Assembly: GCA_964276515.1 (NCBI GenBank)
Contig: OZ193909.1
Span: 20,212,001-20,276,000, forward strand
Reading direction: 5' to 3'
Length of the DNA stretch: 64,000 bases
Source: Gordius albopunctatus
Taxonomy: Eukaryota
Shown: positions 38,247 to 52,267 of the stretch, piece after piece
How positions within the stretch are numbered: position 1 is the first letter of the stretch
Layout of the letters: every line of letters starts with the position of its first letter
Position numbers and translations under genes: made by a program
The notes under the pieces: model-generated
Database searches by the model: none
Seen by the model: the letters and a program-made list of their open reading frames with translations, nothing else
Told to the model about the DNA's origin: nothing

Positions 38247-40936
38247 TACGCCTCTGGGAAATATTCGAGATTCGATTCGAATTCGGATCTTTATGTGTAA
38301 ATTTCGAATCGAATATTTAATTGCTAAGATTCGAAAATCCGAATCGAATCCTTAAAAAATCATAAATTTGATTTTTTGAATTTAAATTTAAATACAGAAG
38401 CGGACGGAACTATTCAGCTGTTTTTTCGTACCGCATTTTAGTTATTTTTATTTTCCTGCTTGATACGCTAAATTTAAATATTTCAAACTTTAATATATTT
38501 AGAGATGTCTTCTAATTCTAATTTTGGTAAGTTTATAATAACAAATATATTTATATTTAAAAAGATTTTTGTAACAATATACTGCTATAAAACATTTATG
38601 AATACTTTATTTATTTAGGTTAATTATTAACATGAAAATAGTGTAAAAACAAGGTTGGGATCCTCATTTTCTATATTGTAATTAGGCAATAGTATTAATT
38701 TGCATTTAATTAATAAATTAATCCTTATACTATAAATGTATATAATATATATTAGAACTATTGATACTTATTTTTATTTGTTTCAATCAATAATTATTTT
38801 AATATTGGTAGAAAAATCTAAATTATTCATTCCCAAATATACATTTAAACATCTCACTATTAGAATTAGAATTTTGGCCATTGATTTTTTGGGCCAAAAG
38901 TGAATTATTTATGAGGGCATGTATGATCTCGGTAAAGATATAGCTTTAGTCTCCCCTACTTTTCTATAATATTTTAACATATTTTTTAATTCCTATTTAT
39001 ATTGTTAGTTACATTTAGATAATTTTGATGTTGAAGAGATAAAAAGAAAAAAATCTATAATATGGGACCATTTCACCCATGACAAATCACTTAATAAAGC
39101 AACTTGCAACCATTGCTTTAAAGTCTTCGTATACAACAAATCAGGAACGACTTCAGCTTTAAATAAGCACCATAAAAGTTTCCATACAAAGCCACTTAAA
39201 GATGAAAATGAAAATATTCTAAAATATTTAAATCCTAAATATGATGATAAGCATTATTTGTTAAAATGGATGGTAGAATGTAATATATCATTCAAAGCCT
39301 TAAACAGCTTAAATTTCAAAAAATTTCAATTGGCTAGAAGTACAACTATGCAGATTTATACATCAGATATAATGAAAAAATATTTAGACGAAGTCTATAT
39401 AGAAACATCAAAACAAAATAAATTAAAATTATCACAAGTTTGTTCACAATTGAATTACACCATTGACATATGGTCATCTCCCATTGGGGTCCCATTCCTA
39501 GTATTAACATGTCATTTTATTAATGATAAATGGGAGCTAGAAAATATTTTAGTAGATTGCCATCCATTTATTGATAAGCATTCAGGAGAAAACATATGTG
39601 ATGTTTTTCTAACAATATTAAACAATAATGGCATCAGCTTGAACGATTGTTCAATTACCTTAGATGATGCCAAGAAGAATGTTTCATTTATTGAGGTCCT
39701 CTCAAGTAAATACCCCTCGTTAAATATTGTGGGTGTTCGCTGTATGGGACACATCATAAACCTAGCAGCTAAACAGGTTATGGAGAATGTAGATCGTAAT
39801 TTAATTAAATTAAGGACCTTGATAAAAATAGCCAGACAGCCCAAAAATATATCACGACTAAAGGCTATTTGCAAAGAATTTGACCCGCCTATCAATTACA
39901 TAAAGGTGAAACTCGACATGGCAGTCAGGTGGAATAGCACCTACATAATGATTGAAAAGGCTATTTTAATGAGGCAGGCATTGGACGATTTAGCCTTTAA
40001 ATTCTACAAGGGAAGAAATTGAAAGGCGTAAATTCCTACTTTTTCCCTTTTACAGTGCCACTAATTTAATATCCGGGGAGCAATATCCCACGATGAATTT
40101 AGTATTACCCGTATATTACCAACTTATAGAAACTTTGGCCACCGTAGAAGATCATGCTGTTAAAATGGCTAAGCAGAAAATTGAAAAATATATGGCATTT
40201 AATAAGAAAATAGCCTTATTAGCGAGTGTCGTCGATCCAAGACTCAAAATTCAATATTTTGAGTGTTTATCACCAATACACGACATATCTTATAGCGAAA
40301 TTAAAGATGACTTGGAAGCTGCTATAGGAAGTCAGCTTGATTTTGTCCCAACTAGCGAGGTATCAGCCCTCGATCGTCTATTTAAAAGTGATATGAACGC
40401 GAAGTCTCCATTGGAGACATATTTAAACGAACCACGGGTGGCCTCCAATGTTGTGCCTTTACAATGGTGGAAATCGAATCAACGTCGTTTTCCAGCCATC
40501 CAAAAAATTGCGAAAAATCTTCTTTCCATACCAGGATCATATACCCCCTGCGAAAGAATATTCTCAAGTGGTACATATTTATTGACGAAACACAAGCAAT
40601 CCTTTAAGGAAGAAAGTGCTAGGAAAATAATTTGTCTTAAAAATTGGCTAAAAAACATTTGTTGATTGTTTTACTCATATCGATTTAATCTTTTGTTCGC
40701 CTTTTATCTTTTTATTTTCAATGTGTGTACTCTTAAAGATTTTTGAATAAATTTTTTAAATATATATGCAATAAAAATCACAGTTAGTCTTTTTTGAATT
40801 TAAATTTTAATTTAAAAAATGTTGATATATATTCGAATCGAATTCGAATCCTTATCTTAATTTTAATATTCGACGAATCTAGAATCGAATATTTTTTTTG
40901 AAAAAAAAATCGAATGATTCGAAATCCAGAGGCGTA
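38247..40936 (+). mobile_element. Full-length hAT (Ac/zBED-type) transposon; transposase with one frameshift
   Basis: TIR TACGCCTCTGG/CCAGAGGCGTA; perfect 8-bp TSD ATTTCCAC. ATG 38505, intron, BED finger (WDHF..CNHC..H), TIDIWS, RCMGHIINL, RWNSTY and CERIFS motifs; frame break near 40000-40020; stop 40665. Confidence 0.93.
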
Positions 40937-41449
40937 ATTTCCACCATACAAAAAATATTTCAAGCTTATAGATGATACAGTTGATAAAGTCAACTTAAAG
41001 GCGAAACGCCTATCGAACACCTGGTAAAATCAATATTTCTTTATTTTATAATAATTTTTTTAAAATGGTTTTTATTATTTTTGGGCAATTCATTACATTA
41101 GTTGAGCTTGGGTTGTCAGATATGATGCTCTTTTATATTTTTATATTTATTTTAATTTTCTCATTACTTGTTCAACCTCCATTTTATACATTTTTTCCCT
41201 AAATTTAAAGTATTTTTTAAATTGAATCGTAACATCCAAATTAAAAATATACATTTTATTATGGTAAAATTTTTATTTTGATCAACAAACTTGGAAAATA
41301 ATTATTTATTTTTATTTTATATTAATAAAATGAGTTAAACAAAATAATAAAAAAAAATTAAGTACCTAAAAATATATTTATACTCCTCATTAAATATTTG
41401 TCAATTTCTTATTTAAAAAATCTACCTTAATAATTTGATGTTTTAGATT

Positions 41450-41998
41450 ATCAGAAAATTAATTTTTTAAGGAAACAAATACCCGACGGAAAAATAGCTA
41501 CAACTAGTTCACGGGAACTTTGTAATAATTTGGAAGATTTCTTTGAATTCCATGAAATCGATTACCATGAAAATAATATATTGGATAGATATTTTTTAAA
41601 TAATGATAGCAAAATTATTATTTTTGAACAATTCCATGAATTAAAAAATATTTATATTAAATACAATACCCCGCTTCCATCTAGTGCTCCCGTGGAGCGC
41701 CTATTTAGTATCGCAAAACAGGTCTTAGGGGAGAAGCGTGGGTGTTTGTTAGATTATAATTTAGAAAATTTATTACTTTTAAAAGCTAATAAAAGATTAT
41801 AAATATTTTGATATATCATATAATATAAATAAAAAGCGTTTTGATAAAAAAAATATGATTTTGTTTGGTGTACCTTCTAAAAAATGAAAATCAAAGGAGC
41901 GGTTATGGAGCGGCACACCATTAGTTGGAGCGGGAGCGCTTCTTTTAATATGTAGTAGCGGGAGTCGCTACTTTTAAAAAGGAGCGTTAACAAGACTG
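41450..41998 (+). mobile_element. hAT 3' fragment
   Basis: KYNTPLPSSAPVERLFS (ORF 41530-41802); terminus GGAGCGTTAACAAGACTG. Confidence 0.8.
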
Positions 41999-42399
41999 AA
42001 ATAAAGTATTTAAACGTAAGTGAATAAAATAATTGTGGATTGTAACTCTCTAATTATTATTTAATCTCTCAAATTAATTTTATTTATGCGTGTTATATAC
42101 AATTGATGGAAATTCAAAACAGAACACCTTGGACAATCTTTGATAGCTACTTTTTCTTTAAACAAAAAAGAAACCAAGATGATATTTGCAGGCAAATTGT
42201 GCAACCCCAAGATGACTTACATAAAAGCTCCAATAAATACCGCTGAAATTATGGAAGCGCATAAAAGAAACTATCTAAACTTTGGAGATTAATGTCTAGA
42301 TAATATATCCCCATAAATATGATAAAATCAAAGATGTTAAACTAACAAGGAGTTAGCAAACAAAACGGACTTTGTCAACCTGTTTTACCTGCGTTGATA

Positions 42400-43046
42400 A
42401 TGCCTTATTAACCTTCATCATAAATGCAAATATGCCATTTGCACATGTAAAAAACAATAATTTTAAGTAAAACAAATGGACTTGGATCCGTCTTGAAACG
42501 AAAAGGGCAACAAAAGAAGGCACCTTAAATTTTTCCGATTCATTGATCTGACCTAGTGGAATCTACTAGATTATATTTTTTGATCTTTCAAAGTAGGAAA
42601 GGATCCAAGAGTGCATTTACACTTTTATTAATACTAATAATAATGATGGATCTTTAAAAGAAATAATTTTCCTTAATTGAAATTTTTTTTATATAATTCA
42701 ATGTACTACTACCATCCAGCGACGCTGTCGAGTTCCAATTTAGTCTTGGTAAATTAATATTTAGTGAAAAGCGGAATATCTTATTAGGCAATATAAAATT
42801 CAACGTTTTATTAAAATCGAATCACCATATATTACCCTGTGATTTTTAGTCTAATATGTGAGTAAATATTAAAAAAAAATTTTGTTTCTATTAATTTTCC
42901 CGAGTAACTTTTATAACTAGTTTAATCGGATAATTAACTGGAACTGTAATCAGTTTCTTTTGGAAAAATGTATCTGTTATTAGTTACTTTTTTTAAAATT
43001 AATTAACTTAACTAGTTGCAATGGAAAAGTAATTTTAACAGCTCTA
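42400..43046 (+). mobile_element. Degenerate hAT 3' fragment
   Basis: NVLLPSSDAVEFQFSLGKLIF near 42700; ends in TTAACAGCTCTA. Confidence 0.6.
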
Positions 43047-44816
43047 CAAATTGAAATATATATGAAATTGAGTTCTATATTAAGCATAATCACTTAGCTA
43101 TTTACTAGCAAAAACGAGGGTCTGATGTATTGACGGGCTAAAATGTTTAATCAAGTTTCTTTTCATAGCAATTGCTCAATAATATTAGAAAATATTATAA
43201 TGGTGAGGGTATAAGCTTTTTGTCAAAAATTTAATTAAAAAATGAAATGCTATTACCTTCTATGTTTATAAGTATCTTAAAATCTTTTAAGCATCTAAAC
43301 TATAATAATTTAACACATTTAATTTATTTTTAAAAATTTGGTCTTGGCCAGGCGCTTTCTCTGGTTTAAATTGGCATTTATTTGTCCAAAAATTTATATT
43401 CATTGACAAAAGATACATTATGTTGATAATATAAATCAATGAAAATTTTAAAAATTATTATATTAAAAAACTGTTAGTTGACAAGGGAAAAGGATGTTGT
43501 CACAAGACCCCATATCGCAATATATGTAATTGTTTATAAAATAATAGCTTATTCATTTTATGCGTTTAATTATTAATATTTTTTATACTAGCTTTTTGTA
43601 TTAATTAAATATTAGTCTGGAAACTAAATATTCCTAAATTTACATTAGATTGTATGCACTATACGTCGAAATTGCCAAATGTTCCTATTGGTTTATTGGC
43701 TTTTTTTCTGATCAGCTTTTTTTTTGAAGAGCTTAATTTTTGAACAGAAACGATGATTCCTTTTATCGCAGATAGCTGATATAGAGTCAGAATCAAAAGG
43801 TTCATATCTGCTTTGACCTTGTGATTTAAAATCAGAGAAGTTTTAATATGTATTGAAAATTCTGTAGTTGAATCTATGTTAAAAGGAGTTGCAAAACGAT
43901 ATATGGCATAAGCTTTATCCTGAGTTTTTTCTATAGATGAAATCATATGTAGTGGCAAACAAAAAGCCTTTAATCGTACATTCACCATGTGCTACAAACT
44001 GGACAAAATCGCATTGGATAATAATTTTATTATATATCCATTCATATATAGCAAACATCAAAGTTCTTTCAGATTTAGGATCAGCAATATGCAAAGATTC
44101 AATCAAATAATCTAGCATGGAATCTTTATTTACTAGGGTATCCATCATTTTAGCTTCTTTATAAGGAAGGTCATAGCTTTCTATTAGATAAAAGAATTTG
44201 CTCTCATATTCTTTGGGGCATCTTATTGTGTTTACCATATCCACACCAAGAGTTTGCTTGACTTGTTGATGTTGATCATCTGAACTATTATCTTCAATCT
44301 TGTTTTGGGCCCATTTGATAATCGCTTTTAATAAATCCAGTTCTGAAGCATTGATATTAATGTTCTTTAAATATTTAATTAAATCTTCAGCTGGCATGTC
44401 TAGAAATACTTTTCCATGGACAAAACTATAAGTGTCACTAGTTAGAACCTTTGAAGTTAAAAAAATTAATAAAAATAACTGTTATGGCTCATCTAATTTA
44501 TATAAAAAATTTATGCCATATCTTATGATATTTTATTAAAAAGCTATAAAAAGTTAAGAGAGCTGAATTATTAGATGTAAACATGGGTGTAGCTGGGGGG
44601 GGGGGCATATCAAAACTCAAAGGAATAAAATGAGAAAGACTTTATATGCTTTTAGGGTGACTGCTTTAACTTTAAATCAAAAGCCCAACAATCATAAAAT
44701 TTTCAAAATCAGAAAATAGAATATATCTATAGGCACATTATTAATAAATATATTTGATGTTAGTTTTATCTTTAACAAGATGAACCCGGCAAACCTTGTT
44801 TTGCCATTTATTCGGG

Positions 44817-46470
44817 TGCATATTAATCTCACCTTAAATGATGTATATATACGCCTTAATTCATATAGAATTTATTGTCTTGTAATTTTTTACTTTCAGT
44901 ATTAATAAATGTAAATGTAGTTGGCCTTATATTTTACCCTTGTTTTTACCCCTATTTGGGGCTAGTGCCGCTACATTTCTGGTGACCCCACAAACGATAA
45001 CGCAACCTATATGGAACCTAAGATCGAAGAAGATCCGACGGAGAATACCCTTTACTTTAAACTCCCAGTTTTTAACCTTAAAAACCCTAGAATTTGGTTC
45101 TTGCAAATTGAATTACTTTTTCAAATTCGTAAAATCAGAAATAAATTTACGAAACTAGGTTACCTAATCGAAGCACTTCCCTATGAGATAACAACAGAAA
45201 TTCAAGATTTACTGGAAAATATTCCAACTGACACTCCCTTCTCAAAACTCAAAGATGCCATTATAGAGCGAACTTTACAAACGGACTCCCAACGCCTCCA
45301 TGATTTACTGGAGATCGCTCCCCATCACAACTGATGCGCCACATGAGAAATTTATTAGGGAAACACTCTATGGACGACACCATCTTTAAACAAATATGGA
45401 TGGATAAATTACCATCGTCAATGACTGGAATATCAGCAATATTTGCCGCAGACCAATCATCGACAAAATTAGCTGAAACAGCCGATAAGGTTGCTGCAAC
45501 TTACCATGTAAGCCCGGTTATCAACTCTAACCCAGGTAAACATTAACCCGACTGTCGGAGGTGACATATTTTTTCTCCTCCATAACAGTCCATTTAGTAA
45601 TGGTATATGGTTTTCTTAGTTAAAATAAAACAATTCAGACATAGGGCTTTATCTTCTCAATTAAGCATCCATATGGTCCTACTGCTGTATAAGATACAAA
45701 CTACCTACTTACCTGATTGTTAATACGGAAAAAACTATGTTACCCTACTACTCCGCTACACAAGCAACAACATCGTCTACTGAACGTCCTATTGGTCCAC
45801 TGCCTCTGCCAATGAACTTATTTGCAAAACGCATCACAGGACCGCTTGCAATGAGCAAAGACGACGTTTGGCAACACAAAAACACTTACTACTACCTATC
45901 ACTATCAAGGTTTTAACCAATACTGACCGATTTAACTGAGGGAAGAATGCGATTCTAAAACAGATATGCCTGCTCCGACAAATCTAATTATATATTGGAT
46001 AGCATATAAACTTCCAACTTCACTCACACCTCGATCACCACAACAACAAACACTAGTGCAAACAATAAAACTTTGATAAACTGAGTCCACTGGCCAGCTA
46101 AATTAACTGAGTACCTTTTTTATTAGCACTCCATGCAATTAGGGGGGGGGGGGATTTATATGGCACCTTTCAAATTACCATAATTTGAATACACATAATT
46201 TACGTGAATTATTATTCACCCGCGTAATTACACAATGTAAATACTTTATCTCAATTTGAATATATGGCGCCTCTCAAATCGTTAGAATTTGAATACACAA
46301 ATTTACGTAAGTTATTATTCACCCACGTAATTACATAATGAAAATACATTATATCAATTTGAATATATGAAAATATTTATACATTATGCATATTAATCTC
46401 ACCTTAAATGATGTATATATACGCCTTAATTCATATAGAATTTATTCTCTTGTAATTTTTTATTTTCAGT
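44817..46470 (+). mobile_element. Internally deleted Gypsy element (gag remnant, partial LTRs)
   Basis: Shared LTR block at 44817-44900 and 46388-46470; PBS TGGTGACCCC (tRNA-Trp-like) at 44980; gag LPVFN..NPRIWFLQIE; poly-G PPT at 46141. Confidence 0.75.
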
Positions 46471-46489
46471 CAGATTTTCTGTAGATACT

Positions 46490-49400
46490 TGTAATGTATG
46501 CAAATACTATCTACCTAATTGGCATGACCTCGAGCGTTCGAATTGAAACGCAATGTTAATTGATTGTTAATTGGTTGTAAATCGAATGGCTATTTAAACG
46601 TGTTATTATGATTACAATAGTCACTTATTTCTTTTATGTTACCTAATAAACCAGATACGTTATAATGGCGACGAGGATGGGATAAACCCTTGGACCTTAA
46701 ACTCATGTAGAAGACGCTCCCTACCTCGTTCAACTTAAATAAATTATTATCCATATTATTTTCAGATGGACATCAAACCGGAGACGAATTTTTCTTGCGA
46801 TTACTCAAAAGAATTAAAGGATTCAATTCTGTATAATCCAAGTAATTCGATTGATGACTATTTATTTAATATTGAGCTCTTATTCAAGTTGAGAGATATC
46901 ACGGGAGAAAGGCGAAAAACTTTGTTACTCACTTACGTAGGTTTTTTATATCCAAAATTAGTAGACGAAACTAATTACGATGAGATAATTAAAGCCCTTA
47001 GGAGTATATTCGCCAATAAGTTTTCTATTTACCACCATAGAGAACAATTTTATAGGGCAAGTAGAAATAACGAAACTATTATTGAATTTAGTATTCGGTT
47101 GAAATTTCTTTGGAAAAACTGTAAATTTGGAAATAATCTAGACGAGGTATTAAAGGACATATTTGTCCTAGGTAGAGTTGTTAAATTGCTAACTTTCTTT
47201 AAACTTCAGACGCGAGCACGCACATTGAGTTGCTTAATGTGCGCGTTAGCACAACATGTGCTCGCTGTTTGGTGCACTAGGCAGAGCAGTAGCATAAAAA
47301 AATGCTCGAGCGCCGAGCAGAAACTCGAGCAGATGGTAGCTGGAGTTTAAGAAAGTTAGCAATTTAACAACTCTAGTCCTAGGATGTAACTTACCAAGGC
47401 TTAACATTGAGTTAAGAGCTAAGTATCCAAGAGGTAACATAAATTTCGAAGAAACAGTTAATCTAGCATTGGCGTTAGATTCGGTAGAACACGAAACATC
47501 GGGGGCTGTTGAAGTAAACAAGGTTAAGCAGTCGTTTAATAACTTCAACAATAAAGATATACATTTTCCTAAATTTAGCACATTTAGGAAAAAGCCACCC
47601 CATAAATGTTATCGGTGTGGGAAACCAAACCATATAGCAAAATATTGTAGAACGGTGACGAATACGTTATCAGCCATCAACCACGACTCCAATCATCACA
47701 CCAAAGCCCACATCAACGTACGCATTAACGATGTGCCCTATGAAATGATCTTCGACACGGGTGCGGCATGTATAGTAATTGATGAAATAACGTGGTCTCG
47801 AATCGGGAAGCCTAAACTTTACCAAGCTCCGAAGATATACGGCTATGGTAGAACGGCTATTGCAACACTTGGTAAAACCAAAGTGAAGGTGGACGTTGGT
47901 GGTGTGACAAAGTACTTAGATATTTATGTCATCAAAGGTAAAGGTTCAACAATATTTGGTATGCTATTTATCTCAAAATTTAACTTAACTCTACCAAAGT
48001 CGGTTTGCCTAAACTCTATCATTGAAATACCTTCAAATGTACAAGCAATTATTAAACAGTTTCCCCACGTATTTTCCGAAAAATTAGGAAAAGTAAAAGA
48101 TTTCAAAGTGACACTCGAAATCAATGATAACGCGATACCAAAAATGTTTGCAGCGAGAAGAGTACCGTTTCCACTACGACAAGCTGTAGAAGATGAACTC
48201 CAACGGCTACTCAACGAAGACATTGAAAAAATTAATCCTACTTTAACGCCAATTAAATGGGCTACGCCAACTGTAAATGTTAAGAAGAAAACAGGGCAGG
48301 TGCGTATATGTGGTGATTTTCGTTTAACCATAAATCAATACTTGGCTAAAGATCAGGATATTTTACCAACTTTCAGCGACGTGGCTGAAAGAATAGCCGG
48401 AGGTAAAATTTTTTCTATCATTGACCTCAAAGATGCCTTTTTGCAACTTGAACTTGATGAGAAATCAAGGAAATATTTAAACATATCAACGCATATAGGA
48501 TATTTTCGTTTTAAGAGATTACCGTTTGGGCTTACAACAGCGCCGATTATCTTTCATAGGTTTATGAGACAATTGGTTAATAACATACCCGGGGTGAGCG
48601 TCTTTATGGACGATGTTATAATTAGCGGTAAAAACGAAAAGGATCACTTAAACAAATTCATAACCGTATTAAATCTCTTTCAAACGGTTGGGTTAACAAC
48701 ATCTCAAACAAAAATGCAACTATTTAAAAAGTCTGTCAAATACTTAGGACATATAATTAATAGTGAAGGCATAACAGCGAGTGAGGATAAGATTCTAAAG
48801 ATTAAAAGTTTTAAAACACCCGAAAACAAAAAGGAACTTCGTTCTTTCCTTGGGTTGGTAAACTATTTAGAAACTTTTATCCCCAACCTTCAGATAAATT
48901 GCGCTCCTTTATAAAAATTAACTTACATAAATACAAAATGGGTATGGGGCGACTTAGAAAAATTAACTTTTGAAAAAGTTAAAACTACAATCTCAAACAG
49001 AAAAACTATAGTGCCTTATCAAAAAGAATTGCCTATCATAATTTCAATCGACGCGTCAGATTTAGGTTTAGGAGCAGTTATAGCGCATAAGTTTTCCTCT
49101 GGCCAAGAAAAACCTATTGCCTACGCCTCTCGTTCCCTAAATTCCGCCGAGAAAAATTACTCCGTCATCGACAGAGAGGCATCGGCAGTAATTTATACGA
49201 TAAATAAATTCCATCAGTATATTTATGGTCGTAAATTCACAATTCAGACAGATCACCACCCTCTTATAAATATTTTTGGGACAACCCGGGATCTTAGTAA
49301 AATAACCAATAATAGGTTACTAAGATGGGAAATTATATTACTTCAATATGATTATGATATAAAATACATCCCAGGGAAATTTAATCAGTGTACTGATGTA

Positions 49401-50867
49401 CTTTCTCGGTTATGCCCAAAGGATTCACCTCATAATTTAAACATAGATAATGATATACGAAGAATTAAATTACAATTAATCGATGATTTGACTTTGAATA
49501 CAAAAAATATTGTAGAGGAAACAATAAAAGATAATGTACTAAAAGAAGTTAAAGAGCAATTTAAAAATAGATGGCAAGGCTCTTCAAATAACGATAACGT
49601 ACGAAAATACCTGCAATTAAGAAATTACATTTCTTTCGAAAATAATCTTTTATTTTATAAAGATCGACTTATAATTCCGGAAAAATTAAGGCCAGATATT
49701 CTTAAAATTCTACATGATGGTCATCCGGGAATCGTGGCTATGAAGTCATTAGGGAGATACTATGTGTACTGGAATAATATTGACGTAGACATAGAAAAAT
49801 ACGTTAATACCTGTAAACATTGCCAAGAAGAACGACCAAACATAAAAGAGGTACCCCTATACGCTTGGAACGTCTCTAACAAGCCTTGGGAACGGGTCCA
49901 CATAGACTTAGCGGGACCCATCAATAAGAAGTATTGGTTAGTTTGCATTGATGCTTTTACAAAATGGCCCGAAGTAATGGTGCTAGGCGAGATAAACTCA
50001 ACAAAAATTATCCAAAATTTAAGGACAATTTTTGCACGTTTTGGGTTACCTAGATATATTGTCAGTGACAATGGCCCACAATTTAAATCTACGGAATTAA
50101 AATTTTTTTGTAAAAACAATGGCATAGTTCAATTTACGGGACCGCCTTACCACCCCAAAACTAATGGTATAGCCGAGAGATATATTAGAACTATTAAAAG
50201 TAGGTTCTATGCGAATAAAAAGTCGGGGTAAATGACTCGTTAAACTTACTAAAAGTATTAATGAGCATGCGTAGTAGTCAAAACGTGACTACAGGTATTA
50301 GCCCGGCTGAGGCGATGTTCAATCGAAGGATTCGTACGACGCTAGACCAGCTCAGAAGAACGACTCGCGACAAGGTTGAAGAATCAATCTGGAAACGAAA
50401 GTACTATAAAAACCGATGGACCCAAGAAAGATTCTTTGAACCCGAGCAGCAGGTGTGGGTACATAATGACACAAGTCCGGGATGGAGGGAAGGACTTGTA
50501 GAAGCCCGAACAAGTTTGACTACGTATGACGTTAATATAGACGGAAATACAAGAAGGAAACACGGAGATCAGTTACGGGAAAGAAAAACGATTGACCAAG
50601 GTGCGGTGTCCGAGCGAAACATTCTAGAACACAAAAGGGTATCCAAACCACCTGATCGATACGATGGAGGGCAACTTTAAAAGGGGGAGTAATGTAATGT
50701 ATGCAAATACTATCTACCTAATTGGCATGACCTCGAGCGTTCGAATTGAAACGCAATGTTAATTGATTGTTAATTGGTTGTAAATCGAATGGCTATTTAA
50801 ACGTGTTATTATGATTACAATAGTCACTTGTTTCTTTTATGTTACCTAATAAACCAGATACGTTATA
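46490..50867 (+). mobile_element. Full-length Gypsy LTR retrotransposon (gag-PR-RT-RH-IN), disabled
   Basis: 175-bp LTRs 46490-46664 and 50693-50867 (one visible mismatch); TSD ATACT; PBS TGGCGACGAGGATGGGAT (tRNA-Ser GCT 3' end); PPT AAAAGGGGGAG. CCHC knuckle, FDTGA, FMDD, IDASD and SDNGPQF motifs; stops at 48912 and 50229. Confidence 0.96.
47173..47375. mobile_element. 203-bp hAT MITE inside gag
   Basis: TIR TAGAGTTGTTAAATTGCTAACTTTCTT; perfect TSD GTCCTAGG; removal restores the gag-pol frame. Confidence 0.93.
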
Positions 50868-51364
50868 ATACTAAAGCCTCCGCAATTGTCCAGTGAACAT
50901 TGCATTAAATACTGAATTACACTTTGATAAATATAGTCTGTTGGCTTTGTGAACACTTACTATTTTATCATCTCCTTTAATCTTAAACCAATTATAACAA
51001 CATTTAGATGGCATACCGTAAACTGAACTAATGTAAGGCGTCTTTTCCATCATACCTTTTGCACATCGAAAGCAAAATATGATGAAGCATAACTTTCGGT
51101 GTCCTATCCATAAAAACTCTTGGATTTTTCAGTTTATTTATGCGATCGCGAACAAACCTAGTTAACAATAATTGTTACAAGTAGCATGATTGTAAATAAT
51201 TACTCTTTCATGTCCATGATTATAAGTTTAATACAGATATGTTTAAAACAGAACAAGGTAATTTAATGATAACTAATTTTGAATACAAGAAATTTGGAGT
51301 TGCAAGCCGCCTAAACCTCGAAATTTGATTAGTTAATAGATCACGTGATTTTACAAAGATCCCT

Positions 51365-51650
51365 TACTTCAACAACGTCCCTCAATATAATGGTGATTAA
51401 ATGAAAGTTTAAGAAGGTGCGGATAGGTCACACAATCTACAAAATCTCATGGTTTTGGCTCTATTGTTGTTTAAGTTGTACTTAAACAATCTTGAACATT
51501 TATTTATTGCTTAACTAAAATAAAGAATAATAGAAATGAAATGTTTTCAGTAAACTATTTTGCTTTTTTACAATTTAAAGCCTATAAATGGAATTAATAT
51601 TTTTAGATTATATTAACAATATTTGCAAGATTTTATAATAAAAACTTAAG
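51365..51650 (+). pseudogene. Copy of NARFL final codons and 3' flank
   Basis: tacttcaacaacgtccctcaatataatggtga...catggttttggctc...taatagaaatgaaa matches the reverse complement of ~28380-28673. Confidence 0.8.
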
Positions 51651-52267
51651 AGTTAAATCTTGCTTAAAAGTACAGAGGCTAACTAATTATTTCATTTGCC
51701 TTGAATAAGCTATCAAATGATATGCAAAATTTGTAAAATTAGAATGAAACTTTACTCACTTCAATGTTTAAATTATTGAATAAATTATATTCATAATTTA
51801 CATTTAATACAATATATTACCAAGATCAGATTTGTTGACTATATAGTTTAATTGCCCACTCAGCCATGCTTAAGCCACTGAGACTGCCCAATCCTAAATA
51901 ATGATTTTTTAATTCTTAGCAGTAATTTTAATATATTTTACAAAATATCAAATTGAATTCTCGTTTTATTGAATCAGTCCATAAATGTCGAAAACAAAAT
52001 TTCAATGCAAAAACCCTTTAGAATTAAAAAATTGTAGGTTTTGCCCCCCCTAATCCAAAACATGGCAATGCCCATGTATTCAATCAAAAAAAAAGACAAA
52101 ACAATACACGAATGTAAAATAATAATTATAAAAATATTGCCCAATCTTGTTATAACGCCCACCAAAAAATCTAAATTTGGGCTGGCAGGGCCTCTCTCTC
52201 TAGTCTACTAGATAGCATGATTAATAAAAATTATAATGAACAAGGCCAATAATATCTGACTTTCCAT

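Larger units (their letters stand above)
43473..51217 (-). pseudogene. BTB-BACK-PHR-like paralog disrupted by LTR elements
   Basis: Exons 1-3 at 51217-50868 with a frameshift near 51030; continuation at 46471-46489; last exon ~44448-43473 with a deletion and an insertion; exon 4 not found. Confidence 0.85.

Noticed and set aside
46740..46768. Acceptor-like ttttcag directly before the gag ATG
   Set aside because: Common by chance in AT-rich DNA; no supported donor.
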